64,000 bases of DNA from Yuukianura sp. NJ FZ-2021 (Eukaryota), in NCBI GenBank assembly GCA_046563655.1, contig CM102290.1, forward strand, positions 6,758,001 to 6,822,000. The letters run 5' to 3'. Of this stretch, positions 25,880 through 37,731 are shown in pieces (within the stretch, counting starts at the first letter, position 1; each line of letters opens with the position of its first letter). The position numbers were made by a program, and so were the translations under genes. A model generated the notes under the pieces. It saw only the letters and a list, made by a program, of their open reading frames with translations. It did not search any database and was not told where the DNA came from.

Positions 25880-26530
25880 GTTAGTCTTCTGGAGACGCAT
25901 GTCTACGACATGCTGAAGAAGACTATTGATACGACTTTGTCCGTCCGTCCGTTTTTTTTAGTACCCTTTGCACTGAAACATCAGGCCTATCCCGCTCGGG
26001 GGGTTAAATATGGCACAAGTATTTTTCGTAGCTCTACAATGCACTAAAATATTTAAATTAACAACGTAAGAATTGGCGGCTACTTTACGTACCCGCAGTT
26101 TTGTGGCTCCGGAAAAAAGTTTTGGTTTCGATTGTACTCAAAATATTTCTAAACAACGAAAGTTTGATCTGCTCATTTTCTGATAGCTAGTTTAATTGCA
26201 TTGTTAAATTGGGTCTGATCAGACGGTTGAAAATCCGGCATCAATTCGTAATGTAAACTGCATGACAGTGTTGAAATTCTCCGTTGCAAGAAATTTTTAT
26301 AATTTTGATTTTACACAAGTGATATTCGACTCTATTAATTATGCACTTGATTTAACACATGGTGCATGTATTTGAACCGATTTTGATTTTAAAGAAACTA
26401 TATTCGACCCCTGCCCCTCAACGGTCTATTGTGTGCACACGTATAAGTAGATGCACATAAGTGTTGAATTGCGCAGGTATTTCGACGCCGGGTAATGGAT
26501 GTTGTTATTTCAAAATTTGTGCATACTGGA

Positions 26531-27964
26531 GTATGGGGCTTTAACAACGACACTATTTAAAATATTTTTATTTCTAAAACCTTCGTAAATTACGAGGTTG
26601 AAAATTTCCAACCCCGTAAATTACGAGGTTGAAAATTTCCAACCCCGTAAATTACGAGGTTGAAAATTGCCAACCCCGTAAATTACGAAGTGTCAAGGTT
26701 TCAACCTCGCAAATGGAGAAGTTGGAAATTTCCAACCTTGTGATTTGCGGAGTTGGAAAAGTTCCGGAGTCGGAAAGTGATGGCCCTTTTACGGAGTTGA
26801 AAAAGTTTACGAGGTTGGAAAATGCACTTTACTTGCCTCCTAATTCCGTGGGGGGAGAGAGCTCAGAAGAAGGCAAGCCACCGTCCAGTGTTGCCACTAC
26901 ATGTTATTACACACGGAATAATTTACAAACGGCTCAGTTTTGCCAAATCTGCTTGCACCGATACTACATTGAAAACGTTTGGTTGCAGTAAACTAGAATT
27001 CCATCCCATGTAGCCACAAAGTCCAATTCCACCGTCACCGTGCTTTTGTTACTACAGTGTGTGGTTTTTGTGGAGATTACACAATAACCAACAAGAAATT
27101 CCGTTGAAGTAAGCTTGGGCGATCAGACTGTACCGTACCCGCAAATTTTTGCGCGCTGGCATCTTTGTACCCACCATAACCCAAAGTAATACGTCCACCA
27201 AGCGGTAAACTCTAAATTCAAGCTGGCAACCTTGTAAATCAATTTTCATTTTTCCGCGCCCAAGCCGCGGTGTGAGATTATCTAAATTGATTATTGCTTT
27301 CAATAACAATTTCATCGCCAAATGTTGCCAACTTGAATTTAGAGGTTAATTTATCGCTGCTAGGTGGACGTATTGCTTATGATATTGGTGGGTACAAATG
27401 TTCTCATCCGAAGAGTGGGAACGATGGCAGCGCGCAAAATTTTGAACGCGTGGGTACAGTCTGGTCACCCAAGCTTACTTCAACTGAATTTCTTGTTGGT
27501 TACTGCGTAGTTTACACAGCTAAACATACTGTAGCCATGAAAGCATGGCAGCTGTTTCACTCTGTGGCTACATCGGATGGAATTCCAGTTCACTGCAACC
27601 AAACGTTTTCACAGTGTACTATCAGTGAAATCAGATTTGACAAAACTCAGCCTTTTTTTGCCCTGTATTCCCTGTATCATAACACGTACCTAGAGGCAAC
27701 ACTGCACAGTGGCCTGCCTTCTTGTGAGCTCATTCCCCCCACGGAATTAGGAGGCATCAAGTCCGTAAAAGGGCCATTGCTTTTCGACTTCAGAACTTTT
27801 CCAACTCCGCAACTTACAAGGTTGGAAATTTTCAACTTCGCAATTTTCGAGGTTGGAGCTGTTCCACCTCGTAATTTACGGGGTTGGAAATTTTCAACTT
27901 CGTAATTTACGAAGTTTTTAAAAATAAAAATATTTTGAATAGTGTCGTTGTTAAAGCCCCATAC
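26531..27964. mobile_element. 1.43-kb foldback MITE (near-complete palindrome)
   Basis: TIR GTATGGGGCTTTAACAACGACACTATT / AATAGTGTCGTTGTTAAAGCCCCATAC, with similarity extending more than 450 bp inward; internal 31-bp tandem repeats (CGTAAATTACGAGGTTGAAAATTTCCAACCC); TGGA on both flanks. Confidence 0.88.
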
Positions 27965-28119
27965 TGGAGAACAACTGCACACATCTTTTAGAATGGTGAT
28001 TACATCCGAATAATTGTGCATTTACATGAACAGATTTAAGGGCATTCTAATTTTTTGCATACTTGCAAAAATGTTGTGCATCAAAAGATTTGAACATAGT
28101 GAAATCTGAGCTAAATTTG

Positions 28120-28753
28120 GGCTGAGTTGCAGTTTTGTTCTGAAGCCTCCGTGGCGGCTGTAGGCTGTAGGCTGTAGGCTGGCGGCTGGCGGCGGTAACT
28201 TAACCTAAAGGTTATGTTACCAAAAAATTTCACCGGAAATCAAAAACCGATTTCAAAATTTTTTTTTTTTCGAAATTTTGATTTTTTTTTTCGAAATTTT
28301 GAAAAAAAAATTTTTTTCCAAATTTAATGAAAATCGGTTTCTAGTGTAACTACAGTATGCTGAAAACAACAAAAAAAGTCAACAAGAAAAAAGTTAGAGT
28401 TCATTTAGTGTTAGGTTAGGTTAGGTTAGGTTTTTCAAGAATCTGTTTTTGATTTCCGGTGATTTTTTTTTTGCTTTTTGGTATCAGGGGTGGATATGGA
28501 GTTCACATAAAAATTTTCGGAATTTTAATACTAAATCAAAAGTTTTCCGGATGACCTAACCTGAGACGGAATCAGTATTCCAACTTTAACCAAACCTAAC
28601 ACCGCGCCTTCGGCGCGGGAAAACATCCCTCTTTCATATTCGTGATCAGCATATTTGAATTAGTCTAGAAAATATTTCAGCCGACAGCCTACAGCCTACA
28701 GCCTACAGCCTACAGCCGCCACGGAGGCTTCAGAACAAAACTGCAACTCAGCC
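28120..28753. mobile_element. MITE with ~60-bp TIRs, GG termini and 8-bp TSD (Merlin-like, tentative)
   Basis: GGCTGAGTTGCAGTTTTGTTCTGAAGCCTCCGTGGCGG(CTGTAGG)n and its exact reverse complement ending at 28753; TSD TAAATTTG at 28112-28119 and 28754-28761. Confidence 0.88.
28411..28430 (+). repeat. (TTAGG)4 tract, the arthropod telomere motif, inside a MITE
   Basis: TTAGGTTAGGTTAGGTTAGG read directly from the sequence. Confidence 0.8.
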
Positions 28754-29271
28754 TAAATTTGAACAACATTTTTACGCAAACGGTTTTTTCACATTTTTGT
28801 GCAATTGTGCACAAAAACGCCCCACATCTGCACTGAAGTTTATGAGTGACGTTTCGTTGCATAAATCTCGTGAAAACGGTTTCTTAACGTTTTTGTTGAA
28901 CGGGTATGCGGACACCCGTTCTAAAATCCGTATCAATTGCAAAATCCCTCCAGATCGTAGTTAGAGTTAGCGGATTTGGAGTTTGGAAAGTGTTACTTTG
29001 GAGTAACTCTTCCTGTCACTCCGGATCATAATTCCGTCCCAGAAGAACAGTGCTCAACCCTTGAGCATCGCCCTACCTTGTTTATATTTGGTTAAGTTAG
29101 GTTAGTTTTTTCACCAAAACAATTATAAGATTCCAAGCAAGCCGATGAAAGTAAAATATTTCCATGATTATTTTAAGAAATGGTTGCCTGGTATGATTGA
29201 AAAAAAAAGATTCTGTTGACTCTGAGTTAGACTCAACAGGTGCTAAGGTAAATAGAATGAGTACTAATAAA

Positions 29272-29440
29272 CGGTTCCAGGTAATTTGGTCGGAATTGGA
29301 TTGGTCGAAAACGCAGAGGTCGGCAAACCTAACCTACCCCTAGCATTAGAAAGATTAACCAAACCTAACCTAAATCCCATATACGCCTGCCGACCTCCGC
29401 CATTCCGACCAATTCACTTCCGACCAAATTACCTGCTACG
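29272..29440. mobile_element. 169-bp MITE with asymmetric ends CGGTTCCA...TGCTACG and 8-bp TSD
   Basis: Inner IR CAGGTAATTTGGTCGGAA / TTCCGACCAAATTACCTG; TSD CTAATAAA at 29264-29271 and 29441-29448. Confidence 0.85.
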
Positions 29441-30606
29441 CTAATAAACTAATAAGTATGATTATTTTTTCAAAAGTTAGAAATTTGAAAAAAAAAAAAG
29501 AGTTATGGTACAACCTGTTCAGAAAAATTTCGATTTTGAAGTAGAGAGTTAAAGGAACAGTAGTTAAAATAGAAAGTACACCGTTCATTTTTTTAGACAA
29601 CCTAAAATGCCCTCTACAAAAGCTGTTCAGCACACACATTGGCAACCACGTTGGGTTCACTTATCTGGCTTCCGGTTGCCCGGGAGAGGGTGTCAAATTC
29701 GACCCCGAAATTCGGTAAAATCGGGGTAACTAATCCAACTCCAGGTATATTGACCTCAAATTTGAAACTTAGCGTTATTTTATAGTCACCTGCTGGTGCA
29801 AATTGAAAAATCCGAGAAACAAAGACCGGAAGTGCAAAATCCCTGAAATTCAGGTTTTTAGTTTTTTTTTTTTTTTTGATTAAAATATCACCAGATAAAA
29901 CAAAACGGATGAAAAATTTTGATACTAACTTTAAAAAAATTTTAAACGGTGCGCCTTGAGGTACCTATCACAATATCACCACTTGATGAGTGCTGACGAC
30001 AAACGCTTTACCACGTAGCTGAGAAGGGAGCAAGAGAGGTCAGGCTTCCTATGTGGATGACCTTAAAAAGTTACCATTTTTTAAATAGGACCCCATTCTT
30101 TGAAACCAAACAAAACCCAACAAAGGTTCATTATTTAGGTTGCAATAACTATCGTAGCCGGCATAAGTTCTTCCCGAGTTCTTTTTAGGAAAAGTTGAGA
30201 CGACCTAAAATCGTTCGGCGCGAAAGTAAAACAGTGCGTGACGAACGCAATAAAAGTTGAGTCGGTTAAGATACCGAGATCGTGCGGTTGTTTTGACAAT
30301 CGCGATCCTATTTAACTTTTTTATCAATGTTATTTAACTTTTTAATCAATCACTGTCAATTATTCGAAAATCTATAAGGCTGTCAACGCATTAACCTGAA
30401 GTTTTGAGCACCGGAAGTCTTCAGTTTGGTTAAGGTGATTGATTTAATGATTAATTTTAATAAGCAAGGTGTAAAAATGGTGGGGTTGGGTTAAAGGGCA
30501 ATCATTTAAATATCATTTAATGATATTTAAAATGAAATTAATTGTTTTGAAATATTTGCGATTTGTAAACTAAGTTCGTAAAAATTTTTCACTTTAATCA
30601 CTCCAA

Positions 30607-30686
30607 CGGTTCCACGTCATAACCGACAATCCAATAATTTTATCGAATTTTGTCGATTATTGGATTGTCGGTTATGACCTGCTACG
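30607..30686. mobile_element. 80-bp MITE with asymmetric ends CGGTTCCA...TGCTACG and 7-bp TSD
   Basis: Inner perfect IR GTCATAACCGACAATCCAATAAT / ATTATTGGATTGTCGGTTATGAC; ACTCCAA on both flanks. Confidence 0.85.
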
Positions 30687-31996
30687 ACTCCAACTTATGT
30701 GAACCGTTTCTCCATTGAAGGTAACCGTTACAGACTGTTTATTTTTGCTCGCAAAAGTTTCTTTGGCGCGCTTTCAAAACTCGGGAAGAACATTGACTTT
30801 GCCAAGGGGTCTCAAAATTTGATTCACCCTCAAAACTGGCAAAAATTTTATTCAATACCACCAATGCACTTCCTTATGGGCTTGGGATTTTTTCTAAATA
30901 TAATTTATAGTAAGTACTTGACGTCCGGTAGAATGGGGGGCAAGTGTGAGTTCAAACTTATTCAAACTGTCAAAATATTCCTCTAAATTTGATTTTTTTA
31001 TATATACAAAAAATTCTGAAAAAATTACTCTTTAGTTATAAAGTTTTGTTCGTATAAAAAACTTATTTAAATATGTGGAGCAATTGTTTGGGCCTTGGTC
31101 AGAGGGTAGCATGCCATTGCTCCCAAAAACTGCTCCGAAGAGTAATGCTACCTGCGGATGCATTGCTACGAAACCAATTGCTCCGAATGGTACTTTGCAC
31201 CGAAACATCGTTCCCACAAAAGAAATTGCTACGAAAGAATGATTGCTCCGAAAAAAAATTCACTGAATGAAACAGTGTAGAACATCAAACTGGCTGGGAA
31301 CCTTTATACTTGTTCATATTTTGGTCAATTTACTGACCTTAATGTCAGAGACCCGATTTCCGTCTAAAAAGTACTGATGTAGAGAAGCACAAATATAAGT
31401 CTGCCGGAAAATGTCCACTCCTAATCCGAAGTTGGTTATTGACCTATGACCTCAACGGAAGGTCACAGGGTCATATATCAGAGGACAAAAAATGATCACA
31501 TTATCCAGTCCAACAACTTTTGTAGAGGTCATTTTTTGGGTTGTCCGGAGATGTCATTGACCTTTTTCTGGAAACTTGTTTTTAACATGCGCCCACATGG
31601 GTATATTCCAACCGAAAAATCAGAAAAAGTACACGACGGTTAAATTTTAACTGTTTCAGATTACGAATCAAGTTGATTATGTTTTCTAGACTATATTTTG
31701 CTTTTACCAATAATAGTGATGACCCGGAGCCAGATGTTTCTCTCGGGAAAATGTCCAGGATACCATGCCAGAACCCACTACGCGAACTACATGCGGACTT
31801 AACCGTTTGTAATTGCTGATTTGCTTCGTATATCAGCAATCAGTAACCTATGATATTGCACATTATGTTCCAAAACACACACAAAGTAAATGTATTTAAT
31901 ACGCTTCAAAATTATAAAAATATTCAAAACTTTGGTGGAGGTAAGGATTACTGACCGTCAATGTAGCCGCACTGTGTAGCCGCTGGCGGTAATCTT

Positions 31997-32530
31997 GAGT
32001 GGCTACGCTTGTGCGGCAATATTTGTTGCCGCCCGTGGAAAATTTTGCCTTGTAGATAACCTATAGCCACACATGCTGAATAATGCTGGCAATACTGTTT
32101 CAGAATTAGGTTATTAGATGCAATCCACCCAACCTAACCTATAACCTGATTTGCTTCAAAATCATTTTTTAATAAAATGGTAAAACGAAAACCTATCGAC
32201 TTTATCAATATTGCTCTATGTGTCAGTATAGATATGCTTAGGTAGTAGAACCTATAGACGCAATCAGGTGCTTTACGCGTGCTTTACCAAACCTAACGCC
32301 GCGCCCACGACGCGGTAACCCATGCTAAGCTAGTTACACTTAATCTGTATGACCCGTTTTAATTAATTCGTTTTCATTATTCGCTTTTCAAACTCTTTAG
32401 ATTCGTGTTCTAAATTCGTGTAATTCTAAACCAGCGTTGCCAGCATTATATTTGTGGCTATAATATGGTGGCTACAAGGCAACATTTTCCACCAGCGGCT
32501 ACAAATGTTGCCGTACAAGCGTAGCCACCC
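31997..32530. mobile_element. MITE-like element with ~110-bp imperfect inverted arms
   Basis: GAGTGGCTACGCTTGTGCGGCAATATTTGT...TTGCCTTGTAG...AATGCTGGCAA pairs with TTGCCAGCATT...CTACAAGGCAA...ACAAATGTTGCCGTACAAGCGTAGCCACCC. TSD not seen. Confidence 0.6.
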
Positions 32531-35338
32531 AGCTTTGAAGGAAACAGCTTTGCACAGGGGGTTAGAACGGCATCTTACAACATGAAGCTACAATGGATGT
32601 TACAATGGGATGTTACAACTGGAAGTACAAGCCTACACCCTCTGCCTTACTCTACTATCCGGGTTCTTCCATTTGAAATTTGCTTCGCGCGCAATCGCTA
32701 GTTGTAAGAAAAGGCTTCATCTACAGCAAAGCTACACCTTTTATATTCTAGCAATTGTTCTATTAATTTAGCAGCTAAACTCTAATTATATTTATAAAGA
32801 ATGTATCAAAGAATGTAAATGTGAGTAAACTAAAGCTTAACTACTTTATGGTTTCAGGTTGACTATCCATCTGGCTGGCTGGCCGTCCGTCAGCGGCAAT
32901 TATCTCCAAAACGATTCAACATTTCCCTGATCTGTTTTCAAATTTCAATAGGGAGCAGCGGATGAGGCGGGGGTGTTCACTATTGAATATTATCCTGTTG
33001 AATCACCTTCCACCTCAAATGTCAAGGTCAACTTATTTCCTCTCCGGTAACAAGAAATGACCTCCACAAAAGCTGTCCACCTCATCAACATCAACTTATA
33101 TATCACTTGACCCCAGTGTTCCCAGTTTCGGTCACTTTTTGAAATTTTGGTCTGAAATGTCCAAAATGACAGAAATGACCGAAATGTCCGACCAAAAGTC
33201 ACAATGCGCTTTGCGCATGCGCCAGGCGCCAATTTCGGCAATTTCAAATTGAAACTTTCTCTTTGGTGTTGATTTTCTTGTTTTTATGCCCAGTTTTCGG
33301 TTTTTACACCACTGATTTAGTAAACAAATCAAACAAATCGAATTAACTGATGAATTAATTCGACCATAAAAGTAAAGTTCATATCATCTTCCAGTTCCTA
33401 ATTAACGTCAAACACATCAATACAATATAAGGTAGACTGAGGCTGAGTCGTCATGAGTTAACCCTAAGTGGACTGATCTTAGTGGAAGTATCCCTTACAA
33501 CTGTCGCCTGACCTGACCCTAACCTAAACGTGTCAGTGCTTACGCTGCACAATGTCAGCGCCGTTTGGGTAAGGGGAACGGCTAATTCTGGAAAATAATT
33601 TTTGAAAATTCGTGAAATAAAAAGTAAACAAAAACTTAGCCTTTTATTCTCACTTCGCCATTGACAATAATTGACCTTACATCTCCTCTCCCACTGCGCT
33701 GACTGATATCCACTATGACGATTGACTTAATAAATATGTCACTGGTTAATTGAAAAGCAGATGAGTCTTTGTAATTGGTTTGTTAGAAGCTAGTACTCTC
33801 CCATCTCAGGAACAGAAGTACTTGCCTGCGCAAGGTCAAGGTCACCCGGTTCTATTCTTGGTGACATGAAAAATTACCTCTACAAAAGTTCATCTTACCG
33901 AGGCCAAAAACTTTTGTGCACGAGGTCCAAAATTTGCTGTTGCAAATTATGTGACCGTAGGTCCAATTCTTTTGGGTCAAAGGTCAAGGTTAATCGTGCC
34001 CATCCCCGGTAATATGAAAAAGCCATCTACAACCGATCATCTTATGAAAGCTTTTGTGTACATCAGTGACCATATATCCTATCCTTCCAGGTCAAAGGTC
34101 AACCGGAAAAGGGGGAACCCACAACATACTCCCACTCCCCAGCGAAGCGGAGACGTGGGAGGAACACCCCCACTCCCCCAGGGGACAGACAAGTGAGGGG
34201 GAACGTCCCTTCCTTCCGCCTCTTCAGGTGAGTTATTTTTTATTATACGTGGTTTAAAACAGGTTTATTTATATCCCACTAGCGATTATTATTAAGTAGC
34301 GAAAGTGTGAGTTGCTTCATGTTTTTCCCCCAGTCTGTCTGTCCGTCTGTCCTTCTATCCGTTCGTTTGCTACTCAAGTTTACTCTGGAACCACTTTACC
34401 TATTTTCAATTTGTCTTCACAGATGAACTACACATTCTAACTAACACATCCTAACCACTTCCGGGTCGTGTAATTTTTTTGACGGAAATCTAAAAAATGA
34501 CCGCTACAAAAGTTGTTTATCTCATTGATATACACTGTCACAGTTGCAGAATGGCGTCGCTCATGCTACGCGTGTCAATAACTCCAGAACTACTGGAGTA
34601 ATTTTCAATCTGTCTTCGTAGATGAACTTTGCATGGTCCAGGATTTACTAATCAGCTTTTATTTTAACTGGAAGTAGACCCCTTTTGGTTCAAAGGTCAA
34701 GGTCAATTACTTTTATGAAGGAAATCAGACAAATGACCATTGCAAAACAACGGTTTATTATGCCCACTATTTAAAGTTTTGCAATGTCATGTCGCTACAG
34801 AAATGAGAGCTGTAAATCAATAATTGTGCAGGTGGGGCGTAGAAGGGCGAGTTTCGTGTTTACATCTTTTTTTCGATTTTCCGTGGCGATTTTCGACAAA
34901 GTTTTAAAACATTAAGGGTGGTGCACACAGTAAACTCATGAGCGCAATTCAGCCCTAACAATATTCACCGCAGATGGCGCACTCGAATTGGTTCATAATA
35001 TTATATGTCATAATAATAAATTAATAATAATGATAATAATCAATGTACCAATAATATAATTTAAACCATTATTGGCTTAATATTATTATCTCAATCAAAT
35101 AGTGTAGAAAAGTCACTACTCTTTGAATTCTAGGAATGTTGAAATAATAAGTCAAAGATTTTCATTTCTGTCGACCTTTCGCTGCGAGCGCAAAATTGGA
35201 TTGGTTTGTCCCACGAATTACAATGCATTGGTAGTATAATGTGCTACAGTTCAATCGTTGCTGAAATCGCACATAGACGTCTCAACAGTAATCACAAGTA
35301 AAAATTGAAGCTGAAATCGCACGTGAATATCGCTACTA

Positions 35339-36130
35339 CTGTTCATTTTTTTTTACTGTGCAGTTGTTGATATTAATTTTTGAAGTGTCGCCCTTAGAAA
35401 CTGCTTAGGTTGAAGTGATGCAATCACAACCACGTGTATTCAGACATTCAACCGTTCTGCGTATATTTTTTTTCGTATTTCTAACCGAAATTGAGAATGC
35501 ATAATTTTAGTTTTCATCTGAATCTGAAGAGCTAGCGCTTTCGCTATCGGACTCTGAACTTTCTTCCCCGAGGTGAATAAAAATCGGACGTTCGAGTTTA
35601 CTCATCTCGACAACACAGCTTTTCGGAATACACCAGCCTTTGTCCTTCCTGAGTCCCACATTCACCCATCACTCATTTTGGTAGTAGATCCGTCGAGCTT
35701 CAGCTCGATATTTCTTCATAGTTCGTAAATGCTTGCCAAAATGTGCAGCGACGTCCGGTCTGTCCATAGGAACGGGTTTTCCATTTAATTTGCCAAACAT
35801 AAACTTTAGTTGGCGCACCATTATACTTTATAGAATCCACTTCTTAACATTCTAGGGAAGTTCGGATCTTCTGACAACTTTTAAAAAATTTTAAAGGTCT
35901 CCGTTACGCTAACAATCACGTCTTTTCAGCTGAAATCTTAGGTTTCGGGCATTTTGGAAATCAAAATACTCCGAAAACATATTCACATTTTACGAAAGAG
36001 AAAAAAAGAATTTTCTAAAGCTCAATAAACTTTTGATGATAAGTTTTCCTTACGTCAACCTAACAAGTTTCTAGGGGTGACGCTTGAAAAATTAATATCA
36101 ACAACTGCACAGTAAAAAAAAAATGAACAG
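35339..36130 (-). mobile_element. Internally deleted IS630-Tc1-mariner element with a transposase remnant
   Basis: ~80-bp TIRs CTGTTCATTTTTTTTTACTGTGCAGTTGTTGATATTAATTTTT..., with TA on both flanks. Minus-strand remnant LKFMFGKLNGKPVPMDRPDVAAHFGKHLRTMKKYRAEARRIYYQNE*WVNVG resembles the recalled ERxDI...YxDETWVN region of ITm transposases and is joined to an acidic C-terminus IHLGEESSESDSES. Confidence 0.75.
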
Positions 36131-36484
36131 TAAGCCTCACAGCTTAAATCGGAGCTTAACAGCGCACGTCAAAATTGAAGCTGATAACCGCATATCAAAA
36201 TCGCAGCTGAAACCGCATGTAAATATCGCAGCTAAAAACTCAATGAGGCAGCGCACGACTATGTTATATGTTTATTGGGGGGAGCAGTCACCTATAATTA
36301 GGTGACTGACGCACGACTAGCTCGCAGCAGAAATTCAACTTGAAAAATATGCAGCGCCAAATATTGCAATCGTACGCGGAAAGTGTCAGCTGTGTGCTTG
36401 CGTCCACGTAATATGCGATTTTATATTGTCATTCTGTTTTCACTTAGCAAGGCGGCAACTGCGCATGAGAATTTTATACTCAAA

Positions 36485-37731
36485 CAAGGTATGATACCCG
36501 CTTGTGAAAGCGGGGCTAGCTTTTGTGGTAGTGTATACGAACACACATAGAAAAACGTATCACTTTTGGGAACCCGCTACCCATTTGAGATACATGCTTA
36601 CCCGCTTGGACTATTTTTATGAAAATATCCTACCCCACCCTTTGCCTAGGCGGAAATCCCTTAAAACTACGCGTCCATCGAATTAATGTTTAACATGTAG
36701 AGACAACAATTTACAGAAGACCCTCCAAGTTAGCAAATTTTTCCTCTCTCTTTTCTCACTTGTGGGTACCGCAATCGTTCAAAAATTTGGAGAGAAAGGG
36801 TTACCTTTGTAAACTTTTTGTTCACAAACTGATAAAAGTAAAGATAAGAATGAACCTCAGACTGGAATTTTACGATAACAAGGCGGAGCTTTCTTTGAAT
36901 CCAACCAATAGGAGCGATTTGCTAACTTGGAGGGCTCTCTGTACTGTGGAACTTAATTCTTTTTGGTGACAAAAGTAACAGGATTAACGCGCCATACGTC
37001 ACCAAGTCCACTTGATCACCTCTTTCGAATGATATATCACAGGCATATGTTTGTGTGTACTTCTTATTGGGTTACCGCCATAGATCAATGGTCAAAGGTC
37101 ACAGATCAATCTCATATATCACCTCCCCTTTCGAACAACGTGCGCATGCCTATGTTCAGCTTAATTCTATATGAGGTCACCGCTCTGGATCAAGGGTCAT
37201 AGGTCACAGGTCAATGTGTCATACATAAATCCACTCCACTGGACCTCCCCGTTCGAATGATATATTGCGTGTCTGGGTTTGGTTTAATTCTATGTGAGGT
37301 CACCGCTATGGGTCAAGGGTCAAAGGTCGTAGATCATCGTATCATAAGTGAATGAACTCCTTTCAGCCTCCCCGTTCGAATGATATATCACATGCCTCTG
37401 TTCGGCTTAATTCTATGTCAAGTCACCGCTCTGGGTCAAAGGTCAAAGGTCACAGGTCAATGTGTCATATATCAATCGACTGCATTTGACCTCTGCTTTC
37501 GAATGACATGTCACTTGCCTGTGTTTGGTACGATTTTGTGAGGTCATCGCGCTAGGTCAAGGGTCAAAGGTCACAGGTCATGATGTGACATAGCCTACGC
37601 TCTTCGGGGTGACCTCACGAAGAAAACGACACCTCATTTGTTCAAATCGGTCCTGTAGTTTCGGAGGAGTAGCAGGACAAACACACACACACACACACAG
37701 ATAAACAGGGTCTCGATTTTATATAAGTAGA
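36485..37731 (-). mobile_element. Non-autonomous Helitron with (GT)n microsatellite and internal ~123-bp tandem repeats
   Basis: On the minus strand it starts A|TCTACTTATATAAAATC followed by (GT)n, and ends with hairpin CCCGC-TTTCACAA-GCGGG then CTTG|T. Four to five tandem units containing GGTCAAAGGTCAC lie at 37070-37580. Confidence 0.7.

Larger units (their letters stand above)
25881..29082 (+). mobile_element. Non-autonomous Helentron/HINE-like element, copy 2 (head-to-tail with copy 1, carrying two nested MITEs)
   Basis: The first ~500 bp parallel copy 1; same 3' end CCAGAAGA...TGCTCAACCCTTGAGCATCGCCCTACCTTGTT at 29039-29082. Confidence 0.75.

Noticed and set aside
26629..28021. ORFs of 114-203 aa
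   Set aside because: They lie in the mirror-image arms of a foldback MITE and show no recognisable domain.
28411..28430. TTAGG tract as a true telomere or fusion scar
   Set aside because: Only four units, inside a TSD-bounded MITE; AACCT/AGGTT motifs are scattered through other elements in the window.
35510..35830. Resemblance of CIPKSCVVE to a P2X7 C-terminal or Kolobok accessory domain
   Set aside because: The upstream residues fit an IS630/Tc1 transposase better, and TA-flanked TIRs enclose the segment.
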